A stretch of DNA of 64,000 nucleotides from NCBI GenBank assembly GCA_951406725.2, contig OX597832.1, positions 992,001 through 1,056,000 of the forward strand, given 5' to 3'. Below the pieces are notes generated by a model. That model worked only from the letters and a program-made list of their open reading frames with translations. It ran no database searches and was not told the DNA's origin. This DNA comes from Octopus vulgaris. Its lineage: Eukaryota. The first letter of the stretch is position 1. Each line of letters begins with the position of its first letter. Shown here in pieces: positions 1-12,910 of the stretch. The position numbers and the translations under genes are program-made.

Positions 1-298
1 AGTCTGAAGGTACTACTGCTGCTATGCGTCACGTCAATGACGATCAGTCTGTCCTCCGGGTCCATAAAGATTGTTCTAATCTCTAAATCCAAATCTTTCC
101 TGAATAAGACTGACATGGAGAGTTGTATTTGTTGTAGCCATTGAGGAAGGGCGAGAAAGCTCGCTGTCCATTCAGTTTTGTTTCGCCAGTGACTACGACA
201 TCCAGGTTCCGTGACCTGAGATCATTTAAGAAGCGACCTTGCTTACAGTTCGATCCCAGGCCACGCACATTTATGCTGCCAAGCTTGAGCGAGAACAT
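1..298 (-). pseudogene. LINE ORF2 N-terminal APE endonuclease fragment
   Basis: MFSLKLGSINVRGL...LDVVVTGETK matches the NVRGL and ETK motifs of L1/Tx1 endonucleases. Confidence 0.85.
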
Positions 299-816
299 GA
301 TAAATTGGACTTACGTACGATTTTAATCGTTGAGGAGAGGTGATGGTAAACCTTCCTCTTCCGTAATATCTTGTGAGGTACTCCCCATGAATTTAGTATG
401 TAAATAGCCGGCGAAATGTTTTTTTTGTGTGAGGGGGGGGCAATGTCATCCGGGTAGTTATCTTTTTTAGTTCTATATATGATATATTGTCGATATTGTT
501 GAATGAAATGTTTGGATTTGGTGGAGCTGTATGAGGGGTGATATGTGGGTACGTGTGAGTACCATTAAGTATTGATCACTGTGATGTTGATGACTGTGTT
601 TGCGGATAATGGGTTGGGTGTTTGGGATTTGAGTGTAGTGGGTGAGGGTCATGCGGGGGATGTGGTTTTTTCTTTTACGTCTTTTTTTATTACTGTCCAT
701 TCATTTCGGTTGGCTTCACTCTTTTGTGCGTCTCTTTTTGGCTCTTTCGCTTCCGGTGTGGGTTTTTTCAGCGTTGTGTTGGATGGCGTCTTTTTGTCTT
801 CTTTTGGAATTTCAAT

Positions 817-2148
817 TTATGTGGGGTTGTTGGGTGAAGGGAGCACCGTTTGTTGTTGGTCTTGTGGGCAATCGGTTCTTATATGACCCTTTTGCCCACA
901 TTTATAACATCGTAGTTTTCTTCCCTCCACCATTTCTCTTAGTGCAGTTTCGTCAGGTAAAATTATCTTGTCTGGTAGAACTTCGAGGTCTTTTGGGGTG
1001 GTCTGAATTATTGGTTCCCGACCCTGGCCCCACCAGCTCTGTTGGTGCAGCTTGGTAGCTTGGGGGATAGAAATTCTATCCTCCATGTTCAGCAAAACGG
1101 TTGCTACCAGCCACACCACGTCGATTTCTTGTAGGATCTCCCCTATTCTGATTGTCGAAGTTCGCTTTCTGGGGTAAGTTGGCAGTAACACTAGTTCTGC
1201 CGATTTAAGGGGTGTTGCGGAGTAGTTTTTCGCGTCTTCCTCGGAGTCTAACCTCACCTCAACTGTGCCGTAACGTTTGCTTCTTGCTATGTATTTAGTT
1301 TCCTGCCAGATGGGTTGGAGGCATTTCTATAGCCTTTTTGGGTACCATTTCAATCTTTTTGGTCTTCAGTGATAGTGTTTTATATATGGCTGTCCTTCGT
1401 TGAGTGGTTAGTATTACATCTTCTGGGGGAGTTAGCTTAATGTTAGTGCCCTCTTTTAATAATAGGCTTTAGTTCGCTCGGGTTTACTTGTATTTTTTCC
1501 ATGTTGACTGACTACGGAAGCGAAGTTGATTTTTTCGTTAACTTGTGATTTGGTTGGTAAGTTTTTCATTAATGGCAGATTTTCCTTCTCCCTTCTTTCG
1601 TGGCTTGGGATGGAGGGGAACATGTTGTGCAAATTTTTTAACACGTTTGTTTGGTTTTCATTTTCGTGGGCGGGATCTTTTCGGTTTGAACGGCAGTTTT
1701 TCTAGCGGTGTCATATGAAATTGTCCCCCATAATTATGACCCTAGTATCGATCTATTGCATTTCAATCTGTTTTAGGGTTAGGGTTACTTAGGGTTAGTT
1801 AGGGTTAGGGTTAGGGTTAGGGATGGGGGAAGGGTATCCTTTTTCTTCAGAAATGTAAATAAACCCAATCTGTTTCTTAAACGAGGGACATATTCACACG
1901 GCACAGAATGTTTTCACCTCAATAGACGTCATTGATTGGTTGAAATTGAAGAAATTGAAGAAAAAAACAACAAATATCTTACAAACCATAGAATTTTCTC
2001 AATAAAGCCAAGAGAAAAGGATGTTTTATAAACACATTCTACCAGTATACGAAGTTTAAAAGTGTTTAGTTACGTGGAAATTATTTTTAAAAACTGCCGG
2101 TCAAACCGAAAAAATCCCGTGGGCGTTTTCGTTGGTATTGGTTTCCAT
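817..2148 (-). pseudogene. LINE ORF1 (gag-like, CCHC zinc knuckle), disrupted by a MITE insertion and stops/frameshifts
   Basis: ATG at 2148 (METNTNENAH) continues after the MITE into ...VLKNLHNMFPSIPS (1456-1644) and the CX2CX4HX4C segment (817-1257). Confidence 0.8.
1673..2117. mobile_element. Merlin-type MITE containing telomeric TTAGGG repeats
   Basis: ~28-bp TIRs GGATCTTTTCGGTTTGAACGGCAGTTTT / AAAACTGCCGGTCAAACCGAAAAAATCC; 8-bp TSD CGTGGGCG (1665-1672 and 2118-2125); (TTAGGG)n at ~1773-1822. GG termini with an 8-bp TSD fit the Merlin superfamily. Confidence 0.88.
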
Positions 2149-2349
2149 GTTTTTTGCATGTATAAATAATTTTACACAAAAATGAAAATAATAAAAATAA
2201 TTTGCTTCTAGATAGGGGGAATTCACAAAAAACAACTCTGACAATAGCAGGTCATGTGTCGAAAAGACACAATAAACAAAATGGTAACAGGCACTGGTAA
2301 TAACAAGCAAAAAGGCAAACCTACAATTAACTCGCAGCAGTTCGTCCGT

Positions 2350-5300
2350 TCAGTAAAAAGCACATTTTTTATTTGCCATAAAAGGTTAAATGAAGAGGGG
2401 ACAATACAGGACAGACAAACATAGGGTCACATAAAGAATATAAGGGCAAAAATTAGATGGAAGATGATGGATAATGAGTACGGAGAATAAGATGAAGTTA
2501 GGGGTGTGGGGACCCCACAAGCCACTACCTTCACTGGACTTTTTGGAAGCCTGGGTGTTCATGCTCAAGTTGGTTCGTTCATTCACATCAGGCGCGCCAC
2601 TTCCATCCATCTTGCTGCAAATTTACACGGTGGCAAGGTTTTCTCACCAGCCTTATTTTTCTTTTTAATTGGAATTTTAAATGATTTATTTACCAAGGCT
2701 GAAGAGAAAGATGCCGGTTGCGATTCCGTCAACATGTATCATCCATATGACCTCCTTCGCTATAACCACAAAGCAGAGAAAAGTGGCCTGGCTTTCCTTG
2801 CTGAGAAAAGACGGTGGAACAATCTTGATAATGGACTCAGTTGACAGCTGTACTCTTCCTGTGCGTGACAGCAGGTGTTCGACATAAACCCATAGCTCTG
2901 ATATCCTCGGGCAATGCACGATCGTGTGACGAACAGTTTCACTGCTCTACCTTATCTGGGGAGTTTATCTCGAACGGGTACTGCTCCTCGGTAGCACAAT
3001 CAGGCCAGGGATTTCTGGTAGTTGTCCATAAGCCCCGGCTCGAAAGTCCTCCTGAACAGGCTGGCAAGTTGACCGCCATTGAAACCCAGAGTCTTCCCTA
3101 TGACGTCATCACACTTGCCCGCTACTAACCTTTTACAGAAGGACGAGGTGGATCTCCTGCCGCTCACGTTGCTCATATGGGAGAGAAGCAAGAGAGCTTG
3201 ACGGCACTCCGCTTGCCAAGCACCCAACCTACGTCTACGCCTGATCCGCGGGTTCAGATGACTAAAGGAGGTGAACTGTGGAAAAACAAGTTCAACGAAC
3301 GGTGACCACACCTGCAGGCCGTCTAGGTAGAGCCAGAGATGTCTCAGCCTCAGCGCATACCTGCCCATTCTTAGCCAAGGCATCGCATCCCCAGCCCCCT
3401 ATTTAGTGGGAGTTGACAGCAGATAGAGTGCCTGACCAGCAGTTTCCTGTCACTCCACAAAAAGCAGAAGATCAGGCGTTCCATCTTGAGCAGCCAGGAG
3501 TATGAGCACGGCACGATGGTTAGGCAGTAGATGATGACGGATGGGATAAACACATTTGCAAGGCACGACGGTTAGGCGGTTAGTGATGACAGATGCAATA
3601 AACATTCATCACCTCCGCCATCCCTTTCAAGGATAGCTTTTTCTCAGCCCATTTCTGGGTGAGATTAGCTACTCTACTCGTAACCTCGCCCCAGTTTCTA
3701 CCTATCAGGAGATCTGGTTCAAACAAAACCCCTGGCAATTTCACCGGTCTGTCCGAGTCCCACGACGTTGCTGGGCGGCATCGGCCTGCATCTCCAGGTG
3801 CCGAGTAGCAGGCCGACTGACTTATCATGGTATATTTTTGCAGTATATGAACTGTGGGAAGACAAGTTTAACGAATGGCGACCACACCTGCACACCGTCT
3901 AGGTAGAGCCAGAGATTCCTCAGCCTCAGCGCATGCCCACGCATTTTAGCCAAGGCATCCCCCCGCCCCGTTTAGTGACAGTTGACAGCAGATAAAACGT
4001 CTGACCAATGGTTTCCTCCCCCAAAAGCGAAAGAGCAGACGTTCCAACTTGAGCAGCCACGAGTATGGGCACGGCATGATGGTTAGGCAGTAGATGATGA
4101 CGGATGGGATAAACACATTCGCCACCTCTGCCCTTCCTTTCAATGACAGCTTCCTCTTAACCCATTTCTGAGTGAGATTGGCTCCTCTACTCGTAACCTC
4201 GCCCTAGTTTCTCTTTATCTGGAGATCTGGTTCAAACAAGACCCCTAGCAATTTCACCGGTTCGTTCGTCCAACATCCCACGACGTTGTTGGGCGGCACC
4301 AGCCTGCCTCTCCAGGTGCCGAGCTGCAGATCGACTAACTTACCCTGGTTTATTTTTCTTCTGTCACCACTTCTTAATCCTTTATGGTACCACCTACTTG
4401 TTGTAGATGGTTTTCATTGGATACGACAACGGTGATGACGTCCGCGTACGCTGTCACTGTTCTTCCGCATCCTAGATCTCGCGAGATGCTCCTCAGAGCA
4501 TTTTCTGAAGTAATGGTTCAAATGCCATAACATACAGAAGGGAGGGAAGCGGACATCCTTGGCGAACCGAAAGTTCAATGGAGAACGGCTCTGAACGAAA
4601 TTCGTTCATCCGACCGACCGACTGAATGTTACTGTAAAGAGCGGTGATCCAACCTCGAAAGTCTGGGCCGAAACCCGCTGCCTCATGGACCGCCACCAGG
4701 TACAGCTGATTGACCCTGTCGAATGCCTTAGACTGATCTAAATGGATCAGAGCCCCTCCTGTGCCAGAAATTCTAGCTGCCCTTCCCATGCTGTAGCGTA
4801 TGCGGTGGAGATTGTCGTGTATTGTTCTGATTGGGACGGCGTATGTTCGCGCTCCCCGCTTCTCAACCAGTTTAACCACGACACACACCAACCTCTTTGC
4901 CAACACTGGTCAAAATCTTCAGCTCTGCGTTAAGCAGAGTTATGGGTCTGAAACTATCTAAGGATACCCCTTGTTTTGATTCTTTCTTAGCAGCTCCACG
5001 ACTCCCTCGGCTTACAGAACTAGGAATGATCCCATTCTGCCGCCAGTTGGCGTAAATGCTTGCCAGTAGGTGTCCAAACAAGCCTGGCATGTTGTAATAA
5101 AATTCGTAGGGTAGACCATCTAGCTCCGGCGAATTGTCCCCGACGCAGCCCGATAGGACCTCTTCTACGACGCAGCTGTGATCGGCCCTTCACAGAACAC
5201 CGCTTCCCGGCCCGGGAGTCGCGGCATGACGGCGAGGAAGTCAGTGACGTTCATCCTGTACCCTGTCACGCGACTCGTTCCAAAAAGCCGAACGAAATTC

Positions 5301-5350
5301 TGGTGAAAGACCTTACACATTTCCTCGGGTTCGTTTATTCATCACCCAGC
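2350..5350 (-). mobile_element. Tx1/L1-clade LINE, 3' half (RT, C-terminal region, 3'UTR), decayed, with an internal ~575-bp duplication
   Basis: RT motifs FRPITLLNAELKIL (4872-5090) and LDQSKAFDRV, SVRQGCPL (4493-4906). AATAAA on the minus strand at ~2368-2373. Segment 3270-3830 is repeated at 3848-4340. Confidence 0.88.
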
Positions 5351-5367
5351 TGGTTATACATTAAACA

Positions 5368-5491
5368 TTATATGTATATATGTGTGTGTTTGTATGTATG
5401 TATGTATGTATGTATGTATGTATGTATGTATGTATGTATGCACATGTGTGTGTGCGCACATATGTGTGTGTTTGTGCGTGTGTGTGTGTGT
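5368..5491. repeat. (TATG)n/(TG)n microsatellite
   Basis: Direct reading of the sequence. Confidence 0.95.
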
Positions 5492-5499
5492 AGATTACA

Positions 5500-6720
5500 G
5501 TAGAGTCGTACGACTTCTTTGAGCATGTATTTTAGGTTATCAGAGAAGGAATTCTGCTGAAGGAGCTGCTTTCCAAGTCTTATGATGTTATCAGTCTCAT
5601 ATATGCAAACTTGTTCAAGGGACGCACTTCGACAATTGGTGGTTAAAGGATGTTGCCGAAGAGATATGATACGATATTCAAAGGCAGTCTGGATCGATGT
5701 TAAGCTTCTGCTGTCTTGTTTTCGTTGATGTGGAAATTGTATCCTGGTTAGTATCTTCGGGTTTTCACATAAATAACTCGGATCTCATCAAGCGTCCAAT
5801 CAAGCAGCCCAAATGTTAGTATGAGTACTGGCACTGCAAACATATTGTAGGCCACTGTTTTATTGAATGTAGAGAGTTCCGAGGTTCAAATATTCTTTAT
5901 TCGGCTATAATATTCTTTTGTGACACGTGTTTTGTTACAGGTGCCATTGTAAGATATGTTTTCATTCACCCTCGATAACTGTAACATTCCTCATTGGATA
6001 TAGGAGAAACAGTCAAATCATTGATGGAGATGTTGCTTGTCTGATTTAGTTTTCCCACTTTTTGCAACCATATAACAACATTTATCCCGACCAGACTCCA
6101 GCCCTTTGCGAATGTTGTAACCAGGTCAAGGTTCTTTTTCATCTCGTGCATATTATTTGCATATAGTTTCAAGTCAACCACAAAGAAACAGTGTCTAATT
6201 TTGGTATTTCTGTTTCCTTGCGAACCAGTGAGATAACTTTCAGACTGCCCTAACATGAATGACAAGGTGTTTACAGAAAGTATAAACATCATCACAGAGA
6301 GGCTGTCCTTTTCGAATATACCCTTGCAATACTGTATTCTATCAGTGATAATACAATCATTCCTTGTGTTTAATTTCAAGATGGTGGCCCACGATTAAGT
6401 CAGGTCAACTATGGCTTTGACTATCGCCATCAATGTTATATGTCTTGGGTGCAATGCAGAGACAATAACTTCGAACTTCTTCCAATCACAGAACATCTTC
6501 GTTAAACTCCATCTTGTCTTCTAGTGAATGAGCTTCTATGCTATTCACTGCTTCTCCTCTCATGTCTCTGTACACTGCTACCTAGTTCCAGTTAAATCTT
6601 TTGTTTATTGTTTTTCTCTCGGTTATTCTCTTCTGATGCCGGAGTCTCTAACTGACAGCTTTTAGCTCCTGCTTGAGAGTGATCAGTTTGCAGTTGAGTG
6701 TTCTCTTTTTGCTATCTCCA
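5500..6720 (-). mobile_element. Decayed RT fragment of an R4/Dong-like non-LTR retrotransposon
   Basis: 5966-6379 reads GIFEKDSLSVMMF...HCFFVVDLKLYA, degenerate forms of the GIFQGDSLSP and YMDDLKLY motifs. Clade assignment is from motif memory only. Confidence 0.65.
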
Positions 6721-9700
6721 AACATCACTTTTATATGCATGCATGTATGTATGTATGTATGTATGTATGTATGTATGTATGTATGTACGTACGTACGTAC
6801 GCGCGCGCGCGTGTATTGGATTCAAAAGTTGGTGGGTGATGTGGGTTGCATTAGTTTATGTTAATGACGGTGAGCAGGTATGTTGGTGCTGTCGCGGTTA
6901 TATTGTTCTGCCTAATTGTATTATGACTGTTTAGTCTCAAGTCAGTCCTTATAGTCCTAGGACCAAAGACGTTTTATTCAACTTTTAAAATACACAAGGA
7001 TACCACATTATACCTTTCTTTTCTGAAATGGATTTGCTTATCAACTTCATACTGTTTATTACTATTGCTGTTGGTGGTTGTGTTCGTGTTGCTGTTGGAA
7101 CCACACACATACATACATGATGGTTGTCCCCTCGTTATAGAGTATGGCCATTGCACGAGGCTTAACTGTTATCGGTGCTGTGATCGAATGTGATATTTTA
7201 GCCCAACTAAATATCTACAATGTCTTGTACAGAATTGGCAGCAAAAACCTTTTTCCGACTGTAGTTGTAACTGGGCTTCATGTACCTTTGCATGTCTTTA
7301 AGTCCTCCCGCCGAATTACACTCCCTTCTACATACCTGACAGATATGATTAGTATGGTGTGTAGCACCACCACCAGTGGCCTGGTTGTCAATCATCTGTC
7401 TCGCTTTATGACTACGCAGATGACTCTTGAGTCCAGCTTTACTGAGGCAGGGTCTTGCACAGACAATGTATGTCAGCATCATAGGAAGACCCTTAACATC
7501 TGGAAGTGCAACAGCGATGCCCTTCCTGACTCCCGCCTTACTTTCTCATGCGCAACTCGAGATTTCTCATAAGTAGCTGTTCCCTCGTGCACAGTCCTTC
7601 CCTACCTGCTACGGTCAATAGCTATGCCCTCCCATATGTCAGGAGAGATGCAAGCATCTCTTAAGGAGGCCTTCAGCAAGTCTTTATACCTCTTTTTTGG
7701 TTTATGTGGAGGTCGTTCTCCTTTAGCTAACTCTCCATAAAAGAGTTGTTTTGGCATCCTTGAATCCTTCATCCTGACCAGATGACCACTCCATCTGAGC
7801 CTTTGCATTAACAAAAGAGCTTCTATACTTTCACACCGACAGCTTTCCAGTATTTCAAGATCACTGATGCGGTCCTCCCACTTAATGCCATAGATCTGTC
7901 TGAGACACATCTGATGGAAACGTTCCTGTTGTTTAAGGTGGTATCGATATGTGACCCACGTCTCACAGGCATAGAGAAGAGAAGAGAGCACATATGCCTT
8001 GTACACCTTTATCTTTGTCTTCCTGCATATGTCTCGCCGACTCCAGAGGCGCCTTTCTAGCCTTCCGAAAGCATCACTAGCTGCCCTAATTCTGTATGGA
8101 ATTTCATTATCCAAATTGCTATATCTATTAACAGTGCTTCCCAGGTAGACAAACTGATCAACTACGACAAGTCGTTTACCATACACATAGATATTTGGTT
8201 CACTATACTGCTTACCAGGGGCAGATTGGTACATGACAACAGTTTTCTTGAGACTGACTGTCAATCCTAAGGCAAGTGCAAGCATCAGAGAATGCATTCA
8301 AAATGTGTTGCATATCAATCTCTGTGTGCGCTACTACATCACAATCATCTGCATACAAAAGGTCGCTTATGATAGAGGTAAATACCTTTGTTTTTGCAGC
8401 AAAGCGCCTGATATTAAATATGCTGCCAGAGGTTCGATAATGGATGTAAACACCATATCTGAAGTTTCTGAATGCAATACAGAAAACCATCGCAAAATAT
8501 ATGGCAAAGAGGGTCGGTGCCAGAATATCCCCCTGATTCACTCCATTTTGTATTGCTCTGACATTTTCCCTCTAACATTAACCCTACTCTTCATGTCTTC
8601 ATGAAAAGACATAACCAAAGCAAGGAACTTTTCAGGACACCCAAGTTTCTAGAGGACTTTCCACAGTGCATTTCTATTAACGGTATCAAAGGTTTTTGTC
8701 AGATCGATAAAAACCTGATATAAATCCAGACCCTGTTCCACACACTTCTCCTGAAGCTGTCTAGCTGAAAAGATCACATCAGCAGTGCCGCGCCCCACAC
8801 GAAAGCCAGATTGACTTTCTGGAAGAACAAAATCTGCAACGTGTTTCAGCAGACGATCCAGAAGTACCCTGCATAAAACCTTTCCTACGACAGAAAGCAA
8901 TGATATTCCCCTATAATTACCACAATCATTCCTGTTGCCCTTTCCCTTATACAAGACCACCATTACTGTATCTCTCCAGTCCTCAGGTACAGATTCATTA
9001 GTCCATATCTTACCAAACAAAGAGTGAAGTTTCTGCAGAAGTTTCTCACCACCATTCTGTAACAACTCCGCATGTATGCCATCCATACCCAGAGACTTCC
9101 CATTATTCATCCTTGAGTCAGCCTCTGCAACTTCTTCCAACTTTGGTGGTTCTGCGAGAGCCGCCTTCACAGGTAATCCAGGGATGAGATTGAGAACATC
9201 CTCACTAATTACAGACTGCTGATTCAAAAGTTCATCAAAGTGTTCTTGCCACCTTCGCAGAATTCCTTGTGAATCACGAAGAAGTCCTTTACCATCTCTG
9301 CTTCGAAGTGGTGTCATCAGAGAAGAAGTTGGTCCATAAACTTCTCGCAAGAGACCATACAACAACTTTGTGTTACTGGCATCCGACACCGCCTGTATCT
9401 CATCAGCCTTTTTACTCCACCACGTATCCCTCATCTGCGAGAGCCTCCGCCTCACACGTGATTTTACATCCTTGAGTTCCCTATACAACACATCTCTCTC
9501 CTGTGGCTTTGTTGACAAATAGTGTGACAAAGTACGCCTTTTATCAGCCAATAAATCATCAATATGCTCATCATTTTCTTTAAACCAATCTTGATGCTTT
9601 CTTTGTATCAATCTCAGAACTTTCTTGCCTATATCATAAACTGACTTTTTAAGGGTCGGCCAATCCTTCCCAATATCTGCAACATTCATTTCCTCTCGTA

Positions 9701-10197
9701 AAGTTCTCTTCACACTATTACACTTAAGATGATCAACATTCAGTCTTTTAGGCAAGGTAATCCCTGCAGCCCGGATTTTACGTTTGGTGACTAATTTCAC
9801 TTTTGCATGTACTAGGCGGTGGTTAGTCCAACACTCAGCCCCACGATGAAAACACGAACACACTGCACATCTCGTCTGTCACGCACCCATCCAGAAAATG
9901 CCATTCTTTATATGCAAGGTGCATCCATGTGGTCTTAAACTTATTCTTTTGTTGAAACATGGTATTGGTAACACACAGACACGGCTCCTCACACATCTGC
10001 AGCAGAAACATGCCATTACTATTACACTTTCCCATCCCATGCTTTCCAATTACAGTCTATATGTCCACTCTAGCATTAAAGTCACCCAGTACGATGACTT
10101 TGTCTACCCGAGAGATATTTCTTATAATGCCCTTCAAAGCATGGTAGAAAGAAACTTTTTCGTCATCAGTATAGCACATAGTTGGAGCATACACACT

Positions 10198-10757
10198 TGT
10201 AGTGATCCTATATAACGGTTCGCGCTCGCGCACCGTCCATTTCTGTTTCGCGCGTGCGAGGTTGGTGCTTTCACCACCGGAAGAAGGACCATTTGCCTAC
10301 GTGGCAGTTTAGCCGCGAGGCAAGGGGAGCGTAGGACGTTGACCACCAGCGTCCAGTAGGCAGTGACTTGAGACACAGCTATCGAAGGCAACAGACGTGT
10401 AATTCTTTCTCTCTCCGGACTTGATCATAGCAGCAGCCTTTACCAAAAGACTTTTAACCAGCATTTGTTGCAGACCATATCATCTTCTCCCTCCGGACGC
10501 CATCTTAGCAGTGTTGGTTGCATTTGAACATTGTCAACTCTTACAAGCGATAAAGTTCAGCTCTGACACATCCATACCAAGCGGAACCAGATATACCACT
10601 TATTTGTTACTGTCATAAGAGAATAAAGTAGATATATATTTTTTACGTTTGCGTCCTGTTGTTTCTGACTGGTAAAATCTGGATTATTAAAAGCAACGGA
10701 AAGTGATTGCACCAACTGCACCCAAAAAGTGCAGAGAAGATATTCACTGCCGTTACA
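10198..10757 (+). repeat. 5' LTR
   Basis: TG...CA termini, AATAAA near 10622, near-identical to 12351-12910. Confidence 0.95.
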
Positions 10758-10758
10758 C

Positions 10759-10777
10759 TGGTGACCCCGACGTGATT
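10759..10777 (+). promoter_or_regulatory. Primer-binding site complementary to the tRNA-Trp 3' end
   Basis: TGGTGACCCCGACGTGATT, 1 nt after the 5' LTR, is the reverse complement of the conserved metazoan tRNA-Trp 3' end (AATCACGTCGGGGTCACCA). Confidence 0.92.
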
Positions 10778-12338
10778 CTGGCCTTAAACCAGAGATCACT
10801 TAACAACAAAAAATCCAGTTTTTCTGCCTAGTCTGAACACGATCAACTCTACGCATTCATCTTTCGGCGATTTGTTTCCGGTCCCCTCAAACAGTTATAG
10901 AAGGAACCTTCTTATTCTTCAGCAATAATGACGGACGCCATCATATCAACGATGCCTTTTCTCTGCCGTCGTCATCGCCATCGTCGTCTTTCGACTTCAC
11001 GTCGTCGTTATCTTCGTCGCCATCACCACTAAGCAACAATGTGTCTCAAGTCCACCACAGTCGCCTTCATCACCGTCGCCTTCAACACCGTCGACCTCAA
11101 CAAGATGTAAATAGCAACTCGCGGAAGTTTAGCCCACTCGCTGTTCGTGTATACACACCGGAATTAACAGCACAGTCTATCTGCGAGATCTTCTGTACCC
11201 AGTTAACCTGTCACAGCATTGAAGCCACAACCGCTACACGACATGTGTTCAACCGGCATCTGCATTTGTGATCTCAACATTCTGTTACAGAACGAACTGC
11301 TATTATGCATTAGTCTATTACGGACTGGTAAATTAACTCCATCTTGTCTGAAATAGCCCTGAGAGACTTTTTTTCCTATGCGCTGTATTTTTATTTTGCT
11401 CGCATTCACCTTGTTTGTATTTCTGTCGCACACACGTACACACACAAATGCTATCTCTCTCACATACATACGTCACACATGCCTTTTCTCGCTTGTTTTT
11501 CCATGCTAAATTTGCCTTTGTGGACACACCTCATTTCTGTAAGACCCTAGGGGTCACGTATACATAGAGAGGGTTGTTTGTCCATTATAACGCGCCAGCA
11601 TGTCACACTTTTGTTCCTGTACGAACGAGGCATATAATCGCTCAAGGACTGGCTGGCAGCTCAGCCTTACTACATTAACCACTGGCATATTCATTGCTGT
11701 TTTTCGGTCTGGCAAGCCCTATTGCATTCATGCACCTTTGCTCCGCACGTGTACTGCCTTGTTTTTGCAACACGTTTGCGTTAGCTTAGTTCTTTTCCCG
11801 ACTCAAAGAACGTCGGATGTTCACATGCGCTGCGCCCATGTTTTAGGCGTAATTTTTTTCCCTGTTAGACCCCTGTTGGTCACGTAATTAACAGAGAAAA
11901 TTATCTGTCTCGCGCATCACACCAGCATGCTTGCACTGTCACCTTGCTAACCTTACACTTTCAGCTGAAGCACTGTCTGCCTTTTGTGTTACTAGCGATC
12001 TATCTGCCAGTTCCATTTCCTCTCCTGCAGCAATTGATTTAACTGCTATTTCGCATGGACCAACCACCTTTAGAGGAGTTGGATTTAACTTCGCCTAAGT
12101 TTATTAACTGTAGGTTTGCCTACCTTCCGCTCCCTACAGCGGAAGGCTCTATTCTTATTCACGCATGCACTTTTGATTTTGCTCATTTTGAGTATTTTTT
12201 TCTTTTTTTCCTTTTGGTAAATTTCTTGTGTATGATGTAAATTTTGCCATTTTTATTATATTGTGTGCTATTTGGTTATCTGGTGTCCACCTTGAGTTTT
12301 ATAGTCACTACAAGGAATTTTGTTCGTGCTTAGGCACT

Positions 12339-12347
12339 GGAGGGGAG
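12339..12347 (+). promoter_or_regulatory. Polypurine tract
   Basis: GGAGGGGAG, 3 nt before the 3' LTR. Confidence 0.8.
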
Positions 12348-12350
12348 CTT

Positions 12351-12910
12351 TGTAGTTATCCTATATAACGGTGCGCGCTCGCGCACCGTCCATTTCTGTT
12401 TCGCGCGTGCGAGGTTGGTGCTTTCACCACCGGAAGAAGGACCATTTGCCTACGTGGCAGTTTAGCCGCGAGGCAAGGGGAGCGTAGGACGTTGACCACC
12501 AGCGTCCAGTAGGCAGTGACTTGAGACACAGCTATCGAAGGCAACAGACGTGTAATTCTTTCTCTCTCCGGACTTGATCATAGCAGCAGCCTTTACCAAA
12601 AGACTTTTAACCAGCATTTGTTGCAGACCACATCATCTTCTCCCTTCGGACGCCATCTTGGCGGTGTTGGTTGCATTTGAACATTGTCAACTCTTACAAG
12701 CGATAAAGTTCAGCTCTGACACATCCATACCAAGCGGAACCAGATATACCACTTATTTGTTACTGTCATAAGAGAATAAAGTAGATATATATTTTTTACG
12801 TTTGCGTCCTGTTGTTTCTGACTGGTAGAATCTGGATTATTAAAAGCAACGGAAAGTGATTGCACCAACTGCACCCGAAAAGTGCAGAGAAGATATTCAC
12901 TGCCGTTACA
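12351..12910 (+). repeat. 3' LTR
   Basis: Near-identical to the 5' LTR and followed by the CACT TSD. Confidence 0.95.

Larger units (their letters stand above)
1..2345 (-). mobile_element. Tx1/L1-clade non-LTR retrotransposon, 5' part (5'UTR, ORF1, start of ORF2); runs off the window edge
   Basis: ORF1 carries a gag zinc knuckle CYKCGQKGHIRTDC (817-1257). It is followed by ORF2 beginning MFSLKLGSINVRGL...ETK (83-298), an APE endonuclease N-terminus. Homologous to the + strand copy at 17.6-19.6 kb. Confidence 0.88.
10198..12910 (+). mobile_element. Complete non-autonomous (non-coding) LTR retrotransposon, Gypsy-like
   Basis: Two 560-bp LTRs TGTAG...GTTACA (10198-10757 and 12351-12910) with about 8 differences by eye; 4-bp TSD CACT (10194-10197 and 12911-12914); PBS and PPT present; no gag/pol ORF in the 1.6-kb interior. 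Confidence 0.95.

Noticed and set aside
1773-1822. True telomere or chromosome-fusion site
   Set aside because: The short TTAGGG tract lies inside a TSD-flanked MITE.
10759-10777. tRNA-Trp gene
   Set aside because: Only 19 nt complementary to the tRNA 3' end including CCA, directly after an LTR; this is a PBS.
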